Part shown: positions 17,213 through 28,659 of the stretch, piece after piece | How the letters are laid out: each line of letters begins with the position of its first letter | Position numbering within the stretch: position 1 is the stretch's first letter | From: an uncultured virus (IMG/VR IMGVR_UViG_2627853969_000002) | Taxonomy: Duplodnaviria; Heunggongvirae; Uroviricota; Caudoviricetes | DNA length: 37,378 nucleotides | IMG/VR virus record: IMGVR_UViG_2627853969_000002 | Reading direction: 5' to 3' (one strand) | Made by a program: the position numbers and the translations under genes | The notes under the pieces: model-generated | Databases searched by the model: none | Told to the model about the DNA's origin: nothing | The model's input: only the letters and a program-made list of their open reading frames with translations

Positions 17213-17590
17213 ATGGACATCAGCGGCATCGGTACGGCGGCGGAAGCCGCCAAAAGCATCATCGGCATGTTCTTCCCCGACAAGACCGAGGAGGACAAGG
17301 CCAAGTTGGCGGCAACGCTTGCGCTCATTCAGACGCAGACCGACATCGACAAAGCAGAGGCGCAGAGTTCCGACCCTCTACAACACTGGCGCGGGGGATT
17401 GGGCTGGGTCTGCGTCGCAGGGTATGGCTGGAACTTCCTCGGCGGGCCACTGACGAACGCGGTCGCGGCGGTCGTCGGTCACCCTCTCAACCTGCCCGCA
17501 CTGGACATCGGGCCGCTCGCCACCCTCACGCTCGGCATGTTGGGATTGGGCGGACTGCATGTGGCCGAGCGTGTGAAAGGAGCGGCGTAA
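17213..17590 (+). CDS. Holin, 3TM (GTA-holin) family
   Basis: FPDKT, Q..IDKAEAQS, WR..LGWVC, LGMLGLGGL...ERVKG; GAGGAG RBS. Confidence 0.85.
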   Translation: MDISGIGTAAEAAKSIIGMFFPDKTEEDKAKLAATLALIQTQTDIDKAEAQSSDPLQHWRGGLGWVCVAGYGWNFLGGPLTNAVAAVVGHPLNLPALDIGPLATLTLGMLGLGGLHVAERVKGAA

Positions 17591-17660
17591 CGACTTACGG
17601 CAAGTACAGTGATCCAGTGCAGGACTCATGCGCGCGCTGCATCTCCAGATGGACGTGCGT

Positions 17661-17689
17661 TTGACAGATCCGGGACAATGTCGTATCCA
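17661..17689 (+). promoter_or_regulatory. Possible sigma70 promoter of virB6 unit (second copy at 18497-18525)
   Basis: TTGACA-17 bp-TATCCA conserved in both copies while the spacer diverges; the -10 box is weak. Confidence 0.35.
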
Positions 17690-17966
17690 ATAGGCTCACG
17701 GCTTGCACGTCGGTATCCCCTGCGCATAAGGACCATGGCTTGAGCAGGCACCCCATCCCCGAATCAGCTTCAGGACGCCCCCGTCAGTCGTGGGCGCATG
17801 TATGTATGGGCAATCTACGTGCCTGGCGCATCCATTGCGCCAGGTATCTGCCACGCGCGCTGCATCTGGTTCAGGTCGTGCCAACGCCTTACTGGTATCG
17901 CCCCTGCCCAACTGTTCTCCCCATTCACTAGATTTCGTTTACCACTCTCAATAAAGGCGCAAGGCC

Positions 17967-18440
17967 ATGAGCATGTTCGATGGATCGATGAATTGGTTAC
18001 ACCCCCTGGCGGATACCAGCCTGGGGGATTACGTCTTCTTCCGGCTGATCAACAACTACCTCAGTAACCAGATCGACACCTTCGGCATGGACGTGATGGC
18101 CCGCGCGATGCAGTGGGTAAGCGTCATCGCTTTGACCGCCACCACCTTCTGGGTGCTGTTGCTGGGCTATCGGATCGCCAGCGGACAATTACGCGAATCG
18201 GCCATGGCCACCATGATCAAGGCCGGCAAGGTGACGGTGATCCTGGGCATTGCGGCCGGCATCGGCGCCAACGGCACGCTGCTGCATAAAACCATGACCG
18301 ACGGTCTGGATAAGGAAATCCATTGGCTGTTCACCGGCCAGAAGGACAGCACCGCCGCCGACGCCATCGACGAGAACCTCACCTACACCCAATTGGCGCT
18401 GAGCACCTTGGACGCGATCCAGGTGGACCCCAACGACCCG
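17967..18440 (+). CDS. virB6: VirB6/TrbL type IV secretion protein, copy 1 (5' fragment, cut by assembly N)
   Basis: 158 aa identical to copy 2. Confidence 0.8.
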
Positions 18441-18491
18441 NTATCAGGAGTGAATTGACCGCCGAATCGTCCCGATCTTCACGCGGCACCA

Positions 18492-19283
18492 TGCGTTTGA
18501 CAGCCCCGGCACAATGCCGTATCCATAAATCAAACGGCTTGCACGTCGGCATCATCTGCCCATAAGGACTATGGCTTGAGCAGGCACCCCACCCCCGAAT
18601 CAGCTTCAGGACGCCCCCACCCCCCGTCGGCCGTGGACGCATGTATGCGTGGGCAATCTACGTGCCTGGCGCATCCATTGCGCCAGGTATCTGCCACGCG
18701 CGCTGCATCTGGTTCGGGTCGTGCCAACGTCTTACTGGTATCGCCCCTGTCCAACTGATCTCCCCATTCACTAGATTTCGTTTACCACTCTCAATAAAGG
18801 CGCAAGGCCATGAGCATGTTCGATGGATCGATGAATTGGTTACACCCCCTGGCGGATACCAGCCTGGGGGATTACGTCTTCTTCCGGCTGATCAACAACT
18901 ACCTCAGTAACCAGATCGACACCTTCGGCATGGACGTGATGGCCCGCGCGATGCAGTGGGTAAGCGTCATCGCGTTGACCGCCACCACCTTCTGGGTGCT
19001 TTTGCTGGGCTATCGGATCGCCAGCGGACAATTACGCGAATCGGCCATGGCCACCATGATCAAGGCCGGCAAGGTGACGGTGATCCTGGGCATTGCCGCC
19101 GGCATCGGCGCCAACGGCACGCTGCTGCATAAAACCATGACCGACGGCCTGGACAAAGAAATTCATTGGTTGTTCACCGGCCAGAAGGACAGCACCGCCG
19201 CCGACGCCATCGACGAGAACCTCACCTACACCCAATTAGCGCTGAGCACCTTGGACGCGATCCAGGTGGACCCCAACGACCCG
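18492..19283 (+). repeat. virB6 unit copy 2
   Basis: See copy 1; CDS offset is 843 bp. Confidence 0.92.
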
Positions 19284-19882
19284 GAAACCATCAAAAAGAA
19301 AGAAAACGCGCTGCTGCTGGCCGGCTTCGGCACCGCTGGCCCGCCGATCATGGCTGGGGTGATGCTGCTGATGTTCAAGTTCACCATGGCCTTCCTGATA
19401 GGGGTGGGGCCAATCTTCATCCTGTTCCTGATCTTCGACCAGACCAAGGACCTGTTCAAACGCTGGCTGTTCTATGTGATCGGCACGTTGTTTTCGATGT
19501 CGGTACTGTCGGTGGTCACAGCAATCGCATTGAAGATGACGGCCAGGATCGCGGCTGCCTACTGGGGGGCGAAGATCATCTCGCTAGGCAATGCGGAAGG
19601 CTTGTCCTCGCAGGCATTGCAGCAGGGCTGGGCAGGATTGATTGCCACCACCCTGATCGTCGTCCTACCCCCAATCGGGGCAATATTGTGGCAAGGCAGC
19701 ATGGCCAACTTCATGCACTTCTCCGTCTTCAATCCCGCCTCGGTCCCCGGACCGCAGGGGCAACCACCTGGGTCTTATACGCCACCGCAGGCGAGTGAAA
19801 ATAATCATAGAAATTTAGCGAATTCCTCAACAGTAAATTCAGAAACAGCAGGAAGATTCAAAGGGCCAGAGTCTACGCAATC
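18810..19882 (+). CDS. virB6: VirB6/TrbL type IV secretion protein, copy 2 (3' end lost in gap)
   Basis: Polytopic membrane protein with GPIFILFLIFDQTKDLFKRWLFY signature; PGPQGQPPGSY motif typical of Xanthomonadales VirB6. Confidence 0.88.
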
Positions 19883-19982
19883 NNNNNNNNNNNNNNNNNN
19901 NNNNNNNNNNNNNNNNNNNNNNNNNNNNNNNNNNNNNNNNNNNNNNNNNNNNNNNNNNNNNNNNNNNNNNNNNNNNNNNNNN

Positions 19983-21275
19983 GATCTCGCCCAATTCGAT
20001 GCGGAAACCACGGATCTTGACCTGGTGATCGTTGCGGCCCAAAAACTCGATCGTGCCATCGGCACGCCAGCGCCCCAGATCGCCAGTGCGGTACATGCGT
20101 GCTGTCGGATCAGCACTGAATGGATCAGGCAGGAAGCGCTCGACCGTCAGGTCGTCTCGGTTCAAATACCCCCGAGCTACGCCGTCGCCACCGATATACA
20201 ACTCACCCGCCACCCCAATCGGGACCGGCGCACCGTGTACATCGAGGATATAGATCCGTACGTTGTTAATCGGACGCCCGATCGGTGGCGCGCCCGTTAT
20301 ACTCGCATCACATTCATGCATACATGCGCAGACCGTCGTCTCTGTGGGGCCGTATGCATTGATCAAGCGTCTGCCTTGGCCCCAACGTTCTGTGATGCCA
20401 GCAGAGAGTGCTTCGCCGGCAACGACGAGTGTCTTTAGACAGGAAAGCTCTGGCTTTTCAGGTAGGTTATTCAATACCGAAGGTGGTAGGGTGACGTGAC
20501 TAATCTGATGTTCGCTCAATATTTTCGTGAGCGTTTCGCCTGCCAATACCGCACCTCGATCAGCGATATGCAGTGACGCTCCACAAAACAGCGACACAAA
20601 CAACTCAGAAGCAAATGCATCAAAACTCAGCGAGGAAAACTGCATGACACGGCTGTTTTCTTCGACATTGAACGCGCGTATCTGAGCCAGTGCCAGGTTC
20701 ACGACACTGCGATGCTCATTCATGGCGCCCTTGGGCGTACCGGTCGATCCCGAGGTGTAGATGACATAGGCTAGATGGTGTGCAGTCACACCGCTGGCGT
20801 GGTGATCGAGATTGAGGTCTGGCAGGTGTTCCCAGCGCTCGCCGTCAGCTTGCAGATCGACGATCACGGCCGTAGTAGCACTGTCCTCGACTAGATGGCG
20901 GCTGGCGGCATCCGTCAGCACCGCCACCGCGCCACAATCGGCACGCATGTAAGCCAGTCGCTCCGGCGGATAAGCCGGATCCAGCGGCACATACGCACCG
21001 CCTGCCTTCAGCACCGCCAACAGCGCCACCACCATCTCGACGCTGCGCTGCACGCAGATCGCCACCCGGTCGTCCGGGCACACGCCCAACTCGCGCAGGT
21101 AATGCGCCAACTGGTTGGCTTGCGCATTCAACTCGCCATACGTCAGCGATACCTCGCCCTGCACCACCGCGATGGCCGATGGATCGCGCGCCACTTGAGC
21201 CTCGAACAGTTCATGCACACAGGCATCGCGTGGATAATCCGATGCCGTTGCATTCCATTGCATCAGCACCTGATA
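19983..21275 (-). repeat. Duplicated adenylation-domain segment (partner at ~26348-27640)
   Basis: Long near-identical DNA at 6365-bp offset. Confidence 0.9.
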
Positions 21276-24200
21276 CCGTTCGTCCTCGCTCAGCAGTGGC
21301 AAATGGTCCACTGCCTGATCTTCGGCACCCTCGGCCACCATCGCATTCAACAGATGCTGCCAATGCCCTATCCAGCGATCCAACGTCGAACGCTCGAACA
21401 GCGCCGTGGCATAGTTCAAACTTCCGAGGATCCCGTCCTCGCTTTCGGCCAACGCCAACGCCAGATCGAACTGCGCACTCGTCTGCGCTGTGCCAAGACC
21501 ACTGGCTTCGAGTTCGGCAAGATCCAACTCGCCCTGTGGCGTGTTCTGCCAGGCGAACATCACCTGGAACAACGGTGCATGCGCCAGGCTGCGCGGCGGC
21601 TGTACCAATTCCACCACCTGTTCGAACGGAATGTCCTGATGCGCCTGTGCCTGCAGGGCACGTTCCTTCACCGATGCCAGCAGTTGCGCCAACGTCGGCG
21701 AGCCAGACAGTTCCACCCGCAGCGCCAGCGTGTTGACGAAGAATCCGATCAGCCCTTCGGTTTCCGAGCGACCACGATTGGCCGCCGGACTGCCGATCAC
21801 CACATCACCCTGTCCGGACAGACGCGACAACAACAGTGCCCAACTGGCGAGTAGCGTCATATACAGCGTCAGCCCATGCCGCTGGCTCAGCGCCTTCAGC
21901 GCCTGTGCCTGCTGCGGACCGATGACCACCTCCAGCATCGCACCGGCATGATCTTGCTGCGCTGGACGCGGACGATCCGTTGGTAGTTCCAACAGCACCG
22001 GCGCACCAGACAGCGCCTCGCGCCAATAAGCGGCCTGCCGCTGCAACACCTCGCCTGTCAACCATTGCCGTTGCCAGTGCGCATAATCGGCGTATTGGAT
22101 CGACAACGGCGACAGCGGATCGGCTTCGCCGCGCGCAAATGCCCGATACAAAACACTCAACTCGTTGATCAAAATCCCCATTGACCACCCGTCCGAGACG
22201 ATGTGGTGCATGGTCACGAAGAGGACGTGTTCGTCGTGGGCGAGCTGTACCAGCACGCCACGGATCAGCGGGCCGCACTCGAGCGCGAACGGTGTCTGCG
22301 CCTCGTCGGCCAATAACCGTTCCAATGCGGTCTCGCGATCTTGCACATCGCACAGGTCGTGAGCGATCAACTGGAAGCCGCTGTCCTCGGCGGCGATCTG
22401 CTGCAACGCCTGCCCATCGACTAGCGCGAAGCTTGTGCGCAGCGACGCATGCCGAGCCACGATACGATCCAGGGCATGTTGTAGTGCCTGAGTATCCAGT
22501 GCCCCACGCAACCGCAGGCCACCGCTGATGTGATACGCCTGACTGACGCCTTCGAACTGCGACAGGAACCAGAGCCGCTGCTGCGCGAAGGAGAGCATGC
22601 GTGGTGCATCCGGCTCCAGTGGCGTGATCGGCGGTAAAACTGAAGCGGACGAGGACGCCACGCACGCGGCAAGTTGCTGGAGCGTCGTATGCGTAAAAAG
22701 CTCCGCCACGCCGATCTCGGTCCCCAGCTCATGACGCAAGCGCGAGGCGACCCGCACCGCCAGCAAGGAATGTCCACCGAGGGCGAAGAAGTTGTCGTGC
22801 CGACCGATCGTCTCCAGACCGAGCAGGTCGCCCCAGATCGCGGCAATGGCCTGTTCGATGGCACCCTGTGGTGCTTCATACGCACGCGCGGCATAGGCCG
22901 TGCCATCCGGTGCCGGTAACGCCTTGCGATCCAGCTTGCCGTTGGCGGTCAACGGCAGCGCTTCCAAGTGCACATAAGCCGTCGGCAGCATCACCTCGGG
23001 CAGGCGATTGGCCAATTGACTGCGCAGGCGCTCGGCGCTGTGCACGTCGGCATTGCCGACCACATAGGCCACCAATCGCGGTTCGCCTGGGGTGTCCTCG
23101 CGCAGCAACACGACGGCATCCTGCACGCCCGCGCAGGCACGCAATGCGGCGGCGATTTCGCCCAGCTCGATGCGGAACCCGCGCAGCTTGACCTGGTCGT
23201 CGTTGCGACCGAGATACTCCAGCGTGCCGTCGGCGCGCCAGCAGGCGATATCGCCACTGCGATACATGCGTTGGCCGGGGTGCTCGGCAAACGGATCGGG
23301 GACAAAACGTTCGGCGGTCAGATCCGCACGCCCCAGATAGCCGCGCGCCAGCTGTGGCCCGGCGATATGTAGCTCTCCAGCCACGCCAATCGGCGCGTGT
23401 TGTCCGTGCGCATCGAGCACGTACAGGCGCAGATGCGCAATGGGTTGACCGATCGGCACGCGTCCGTTGGGTGCATGCGCATCGTCGGCGGTGGTCGTGT
23501 GGACCGCACAGCCGACCACGGTCTCGGTCGGGCCGTATTCGTTGATCAGCCGGGTGTGCGGTGCGAGGGCGTGCCAACGGGCCAGCGTGGCTGGCGGCAG
23601 TGCTTCGCCGCCGATCACCATCACCGCCGGAGTCAGCGGTGTTGAGTGGTCGGCCAACTGCTGGCCGAGCACGTCCAAATGCGCCGGAGTGAGCTTGACC
23701 AAGCCCAGCGGAGTCGGATCGCACAGGCGTTGCCGCAAGGCATCGAGGGTGTCGTGTTCGGGCAGCAGTTCGATCTGCGCACCGCACAGCAACGGGGCGA
23801 TCAGACTGGTCAAGGTGGCATCGAAGGACAGCGACGAGGACACCACCGCGCTGGGAGTTGGCCGATAGGTCGCGACGGCCCATTGCAGATAATGCGCGGC
23901 ACTAGCATGGGTGAGCAAAGTGCCCTTGGGTTGGCCGGTGGAACCCGAGGTGTAGATGACGTAGGCCAAATTGTCCGGACACAGGCCGGGGACATCCGGC
24001 GCGCTCGGATCATCGTGGTGTGTATCGGCAATGTCGTCCAGGGTCAGCACGCTGACGCGCAGCATGGCGCGACTGGCTGGGAGATGATCCTGCAAATTGG
24101 TGCAGGTCAGCACTGCGCGTGGGCGACTGTCCTCCAGCAGGAAGGCCAGACGCTCGCTGGGCAGTTCCGGATCCAGCGGCACATACGCCGCGCCGGCCTT

Positions 24201-27200
24201 GAGCGTGGCGAGCACCGCGACTACTTGTTCGATGCTGCGCGGCAGGTACAAGGCGACTCGACTCTCCACACCGACGCCGGAGCGGCGCAGACGCTGGGCG
24301 AGCCGATTGGCGCAGCCATCCAGTTCGGCATAGCGCAGGGTGTGTTCGCCTTCGCTGACCGCGATGGCATCGGGTGTGCGCTGTACCTGCGCTTCGAACA
24401 GGGAGTGGATGCAGGTGGCCGGTGGAAGCGACGTGCTCTCGGTGACGGTGAAGCGCTGCAATTGCACGCGTTCGTCGGCGGGCAACAGCGGCAGTTGCGC
24501 GACACGGACATGTGCGTCGGTGACCATGCCGCGCAACAGGGTCACGAACTGGGCCAGATGGCGTTCGAGAGTACTGCGCTCGAACAACGCCGTGGCATAC
24601 CCCAGGCTGCCGACGATACGATCCTGCTGCTCGTGCAGCGAGAACTCCAGATCGAACTTGGCATCGCTGGCCTGTGCGGGGATCGGCTGCAACCGAATGT
24701 CGGGCAGGATCAACTCGGCATCGGGCACGTTCTGCCAGGTGAGCACGACCTGGAACACGGGCTGCGCGGACAAACTGCGCTCGGGATTGAGCGCTTCGAT
24801 CACCTGTTCGAACGGTACGTCCTGGTGATCCTGCGCGGCCAGTGCGGTAGCGCGCACCTGCGCCAGCAAGTCGGCGACGGTGGGCGCACCGCGCAGATCG
24901 ATGCGTAGTGCCTGGGCGTTGACGAAGAACCCGATCAGCGCTTCGAGTTCGCTACGGGTGCGGTTGGCGACGGGCGCGCCGATCACAACCTGGTCTTGCC
25001 CCGACAGCCGTGACAACAGCACGGCCCAGCCCGTCAGCACGGTCATGAACACGGTGGTGCCGTGGCGTTGGCTCAGGGCACGCAGGGCGTGGGTGAGTGC
25101 GGTATCGAGGGTGATGTCGACATGGTCGCCGCGATAATCCTGCAATGCTGGACGCGGGTGGTCGGTGGGCAGTTCCAACAGTGCTGGCGCGCTATGCAGG
25201 TGCTCACGCCAGAAGCCAAGTTGACGTTGCAGCAGTGGTCCGTCGAGCCAGCGGCGTTGCCATACGGCGTAATCGGGATATTGGATCGGCAGCGGCGGCA
25301 GCGGATCGGGTTGACCTTGCACGAAGGCGGCGTACAGTGCACCAAGCTCGCGCAGCAGGATGCCGATGGACCAGCCATCGGAGATGATGTGGTGCATGGT
25401 CACCAGCAGGCGATGTTGCTGCTCGGCCAGCTGCAACAGGCGACCACGGATCAACGGAGCACGGCTCAGTTCGAAGGGCGTGTTGGTTTCCTGTTCGGCT
25501 TGATCTTGCGCGGCGACCTGGGCATCTGGCGTGTTGCGCAGATCTGCACACGTCAGCGCAAAGCCTACATCCGCAGGAGCAATCGACTGGGTGGCGCCGT
25601 CGTCGTCGGTCACGAAGCAGGTGCGCAGGGCTTCGTGGCGGGCGACGATGCGATCCAGCGCCTGTTGCAGCGCGGGCAGATTCAGCGCGCCGTGCAGGTC
25701 CACGCCGCCGGCGAGCAGGTACGCGCGTGCGGCACGTTGATCGAGCTGCTCTAGGAACCACAGTCGCTGCTGGGCGTAGGACAGCGGCAATGGCGCATCG
25801 CGGTCGGCTGGTACGATCGCCGGCAGGGTGCTGGCGTCGGTGTTGTCCAGGGCCTGGGCCAGATCGACCANGCGAATAAGGTGGCCAGCGGCAGTTCCAA
25901 TCCCAGCGCGCTGCGGATGCGCGAGATCAGGCGCACGCCGAGCAGCGAGTGCCCACCGAGGGCGAAGAAGTTGTCGTGACGCCCGATGTTCTCCAGGCCA
26001 AGCAGTTCACTCCAGATCGCAGCAATGGTCTGTTCGATTTCCCCCTGCGGTGCTTCATACGCATGCGCCGCATACGCCGACCCATCAGGTGCCGGTAACG
26101 CCTTACGATCCAGCTTGCCATTCGGGGTCAGTGGCAGGCGATCCAACCGCACATAAGCGGCTGGGACCATGTAATCCGGCAACACATCCGTTAGCCAGCT
26201 GCGCAAAGTTTCTGCGCCCAGATGTTCGGAGATCACACCCTCTGCACCGACCCAATACGCCACCAGTCGCTTATCGCTGCTTGTCACCGCATCCAGTGCC
26301 ACCACCACGCACTCGCGCACCTCCGCATGCGCGCTCAGACGCGCTTCGATCTCGCCCAGTTCGATGCGGAAACCGCGGATCTTGACCTGGTGATCGTTGC
26401 GGCCCACAAACTCGATCGTCCCATCGGCACGCCAGCGCCCCAGATCGCCAGTGCGGTACATCCGTGCTGTCGGATCGGCACTGAATGGATCAGGCAGGAA
26501 GCGCTCGACCGTCAAATCGTCTCGGTTCAAATACCCCCGAGCTACGCCGTCGCCACCGATATACAACTCACCCGCCACCCCAATCGGGACCGGCGCAATG
26601 TGTGCATCGAGAATATAGATCCGTACGTTGGCAATCGGACGACCGATCGGTGGCGCGCCCGTCATACTCGCATCACATTCATGTAGACATGCGCAGACCG
26701 TCGTCTCTGTGGGGCCGTATGCATTGATCAGGCGTCTGCCTTGGCCCCAACGTTCTACGATGCTTGCAGAGAGTGCCTCGCCGGCAACGACGAGTGTCTT
26801 CAGACAGGAAAACGCTGGCTTTTCAGGCAAATTGTTCAGTACCGAAGGTGGTAGGGTGACGTGACTAATCTGATGTTCGTTCAAGATTTTCGTGAGCGTT
26901 TCGCCTGCCAATACCGCATCTCGATCAGCGATATACAGTGACGCTCCGCAAAGCAGCGATACAAACAACTCAGAAGCAAATGCATCAAAACTCAGCGAGG
27001 AAAACTGCATGACGCGGCTGTTCTCTTCGACATTGAATGCGCGTATCTGAGCCAGCGCCAAGTTCACGACACTGCGATGCTCATTCATCGCGCCCTTGGG
27101 CGCACCGGTCGATCCTGAGGTGTAGATGACATACGCTAGGTGGCGTGCAGTCAGACCGCTTGCATGACGGTCGGGATTGCTGTCCGGTAGGTGCTCCCAG

Positions 27201-28559
27201 CATTTGCTATCGGCTTGCAGATCGACGATCACCGCCGAAGCGACACTGTCCTCGACTAGATGGCGGCTGGCGGTATCCGTCAGCACCGTCAACGCGCCAC
27301 AATCGGCACGCATGTAAGCCAGCCGCTCCGGCGGATAAGCCGGATCCAGCGGCACATAGGCACTACCGGCCTTCAACACCGCCAACAACGCCACCACCAT
27401 CTCGACGCTGCGCTGGGCGCAGATCGCCACCCGGTCGTCCGGGCGCACGCCCAACTCGCGCAGGTAATGCGCCATCCGGTTGGCCTGAGTATTCAACTCG
27501 CCATACGTCAGCGACACCTGGCCCTGCACCAGTGCGATGGCTGATGGTGTTCGCGCCACTTGTGCTTCGAACAGTTCGTGCACATAGGCATCGCGTGGAT
27601 AATCAACTGCTGTCGCATTCCATTGGGTCAACACCTGATGACGCTCGGCCTCAGGCAGCACGTCGAGATCGCGCACCCTCTTCTCCGGTGCATGGACAAG
27701 CGCATCAACGAGCCCTGTCAGCGCCTGCATCAGGAACGCGCCTATCCGTCCCGGGACCAGTGGGTGCTGCGACTGCACATTCACTGTAAAACCCGATCCA
27801 ACATCATCGATGGAAACGGCAAGCGGATAATTCGTTCGCTCATGACTTGACAGCGTCTGAATTCCCTCCCAGGCCATCGCCTCGGCAGTATCTTCTGCCT
27901 GGACGCCATGCCGGTAGTTGAGCAGCGAGGTGAACAACGGCGCTGGCGCAGGAACACCGCTGCACCGCTGCGCCAGCGATAGCGGCGCATGTTCGTGCCG
28001 CAACAGCCCGGCAAGACGCTGTTGCACCATCCGTACACTTTCCGCCACGTTGGATGCATCAATTTCGATCCGTAGCGGCAACGTGTTGATGAACACCCCC
28101 AGTGCACGGTCGGCCCCCGTCCCGCCCTGCATGCGGCCAAACAGCACCGTGCCGAACACAACCGTCTCACACCCCGTGGCGCGCGCCACCACCTGCGCCC
28201 AGGCCAGATGGAACAGGCTGGCCGCACTCACGCCAAGTACGCGTGCCTGGTCGCGCAGCAATGCCGACAGCGGATCCGGCAATTCAAGCCGTGCTTCTTC
28301 CACGTCCGCTCCATCGCCTTGTACATTGACCACGCCAAACGGTGCACAGGGCTCCTCCACATCGCTCAGCATCGCCCGGAAATACGCCTCATGCTCCTCG
28401 CGACTCACGCCCAACAGCGCCTGCGCCACAAAATTGCGGAACGGTAGCGGCGCCGGCAAGCTGTCGGCTTCACCACCCAAGTGGCAGCGGACTTCTTCCA
28501 GCACGATTTCCAGTGTGGTGTGATCCAGGGCAAGGTGATGGCAGAGCAACTGCAACAAC
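19983..28559 (-). CDS. NRPS internal fragment: (dual E/C)-A-T-C-A-T-C-A(partial); apparent frameshift at N 25871 is an assembly artefact
   Basis: HHLALDH, HHIISDGWS, HHIVSDGWS C-domain motifs; three YVIYTSGSTG and YGPTE A-domain cores; two DNFFALGGHSLL T-domain motifs; ELPLATLF-n-VDLAQAL continues across 25871. Confidence 0.95.
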
Positions 28560-28659
28560 NNNNNNNNNNNNNNNNNNNNNNNNNNNNNNNNNNNNNNNNN
28601 NNNNNNNNNNNNNNNNNNNNNNNNNNNNNNNNNNNNNNNNNNNNNNNNNNNNNNNNNNN

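Larger units (their letters stand above)
1..17590 (+). mobile_element. Prophage late region (head-tail connectors, Mu-like contractile tail, fibre locus, lysis); extends upstream of the window
   Basis: Continuous co-oriented, often overlapping (ATGA/TGATG) structural genes in canonical Mu gp37-gp49 order, ending in lysis genes. Confidence 0.95.
17656..18440 (+). repeat. virB6 unit copy 1 (~310-bp leader plus 5' CDS)
   Basis: Near-identical to 18492-19283; ends at the single N at 18441. Confidence 0.92.

Noticed and set aside
1..17590. Tailocin, eCIS or T6SS instead of prophage
   Set aside because: Head-closure and HK97 gp10-like genes imply a capsid, and no eCIS ATPase or T6SS membrane genes are seen. 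Not fully excluded without upstream sequence.
17967..18458. virB6 copy 1 as a truncated pseudogene
   Set aside because: Similarity ends exactly at the N at 18441 and all differences from copy 2 are synonymous, so truncation is probably an assembly effect.
18810..20438. 542-aa VirB6 with a long C-terminal extension
   Set aside because: It reads through the gap at 19883-19982 into the antisense strand of the NRPS.
25790..25900. NRPS split into two genes or pseudogenised by frameshift
   Set aside because: The break coincides with a single N at 25871 inside a T domain; a few codons appear to be missing and the motifs continue on both sides.
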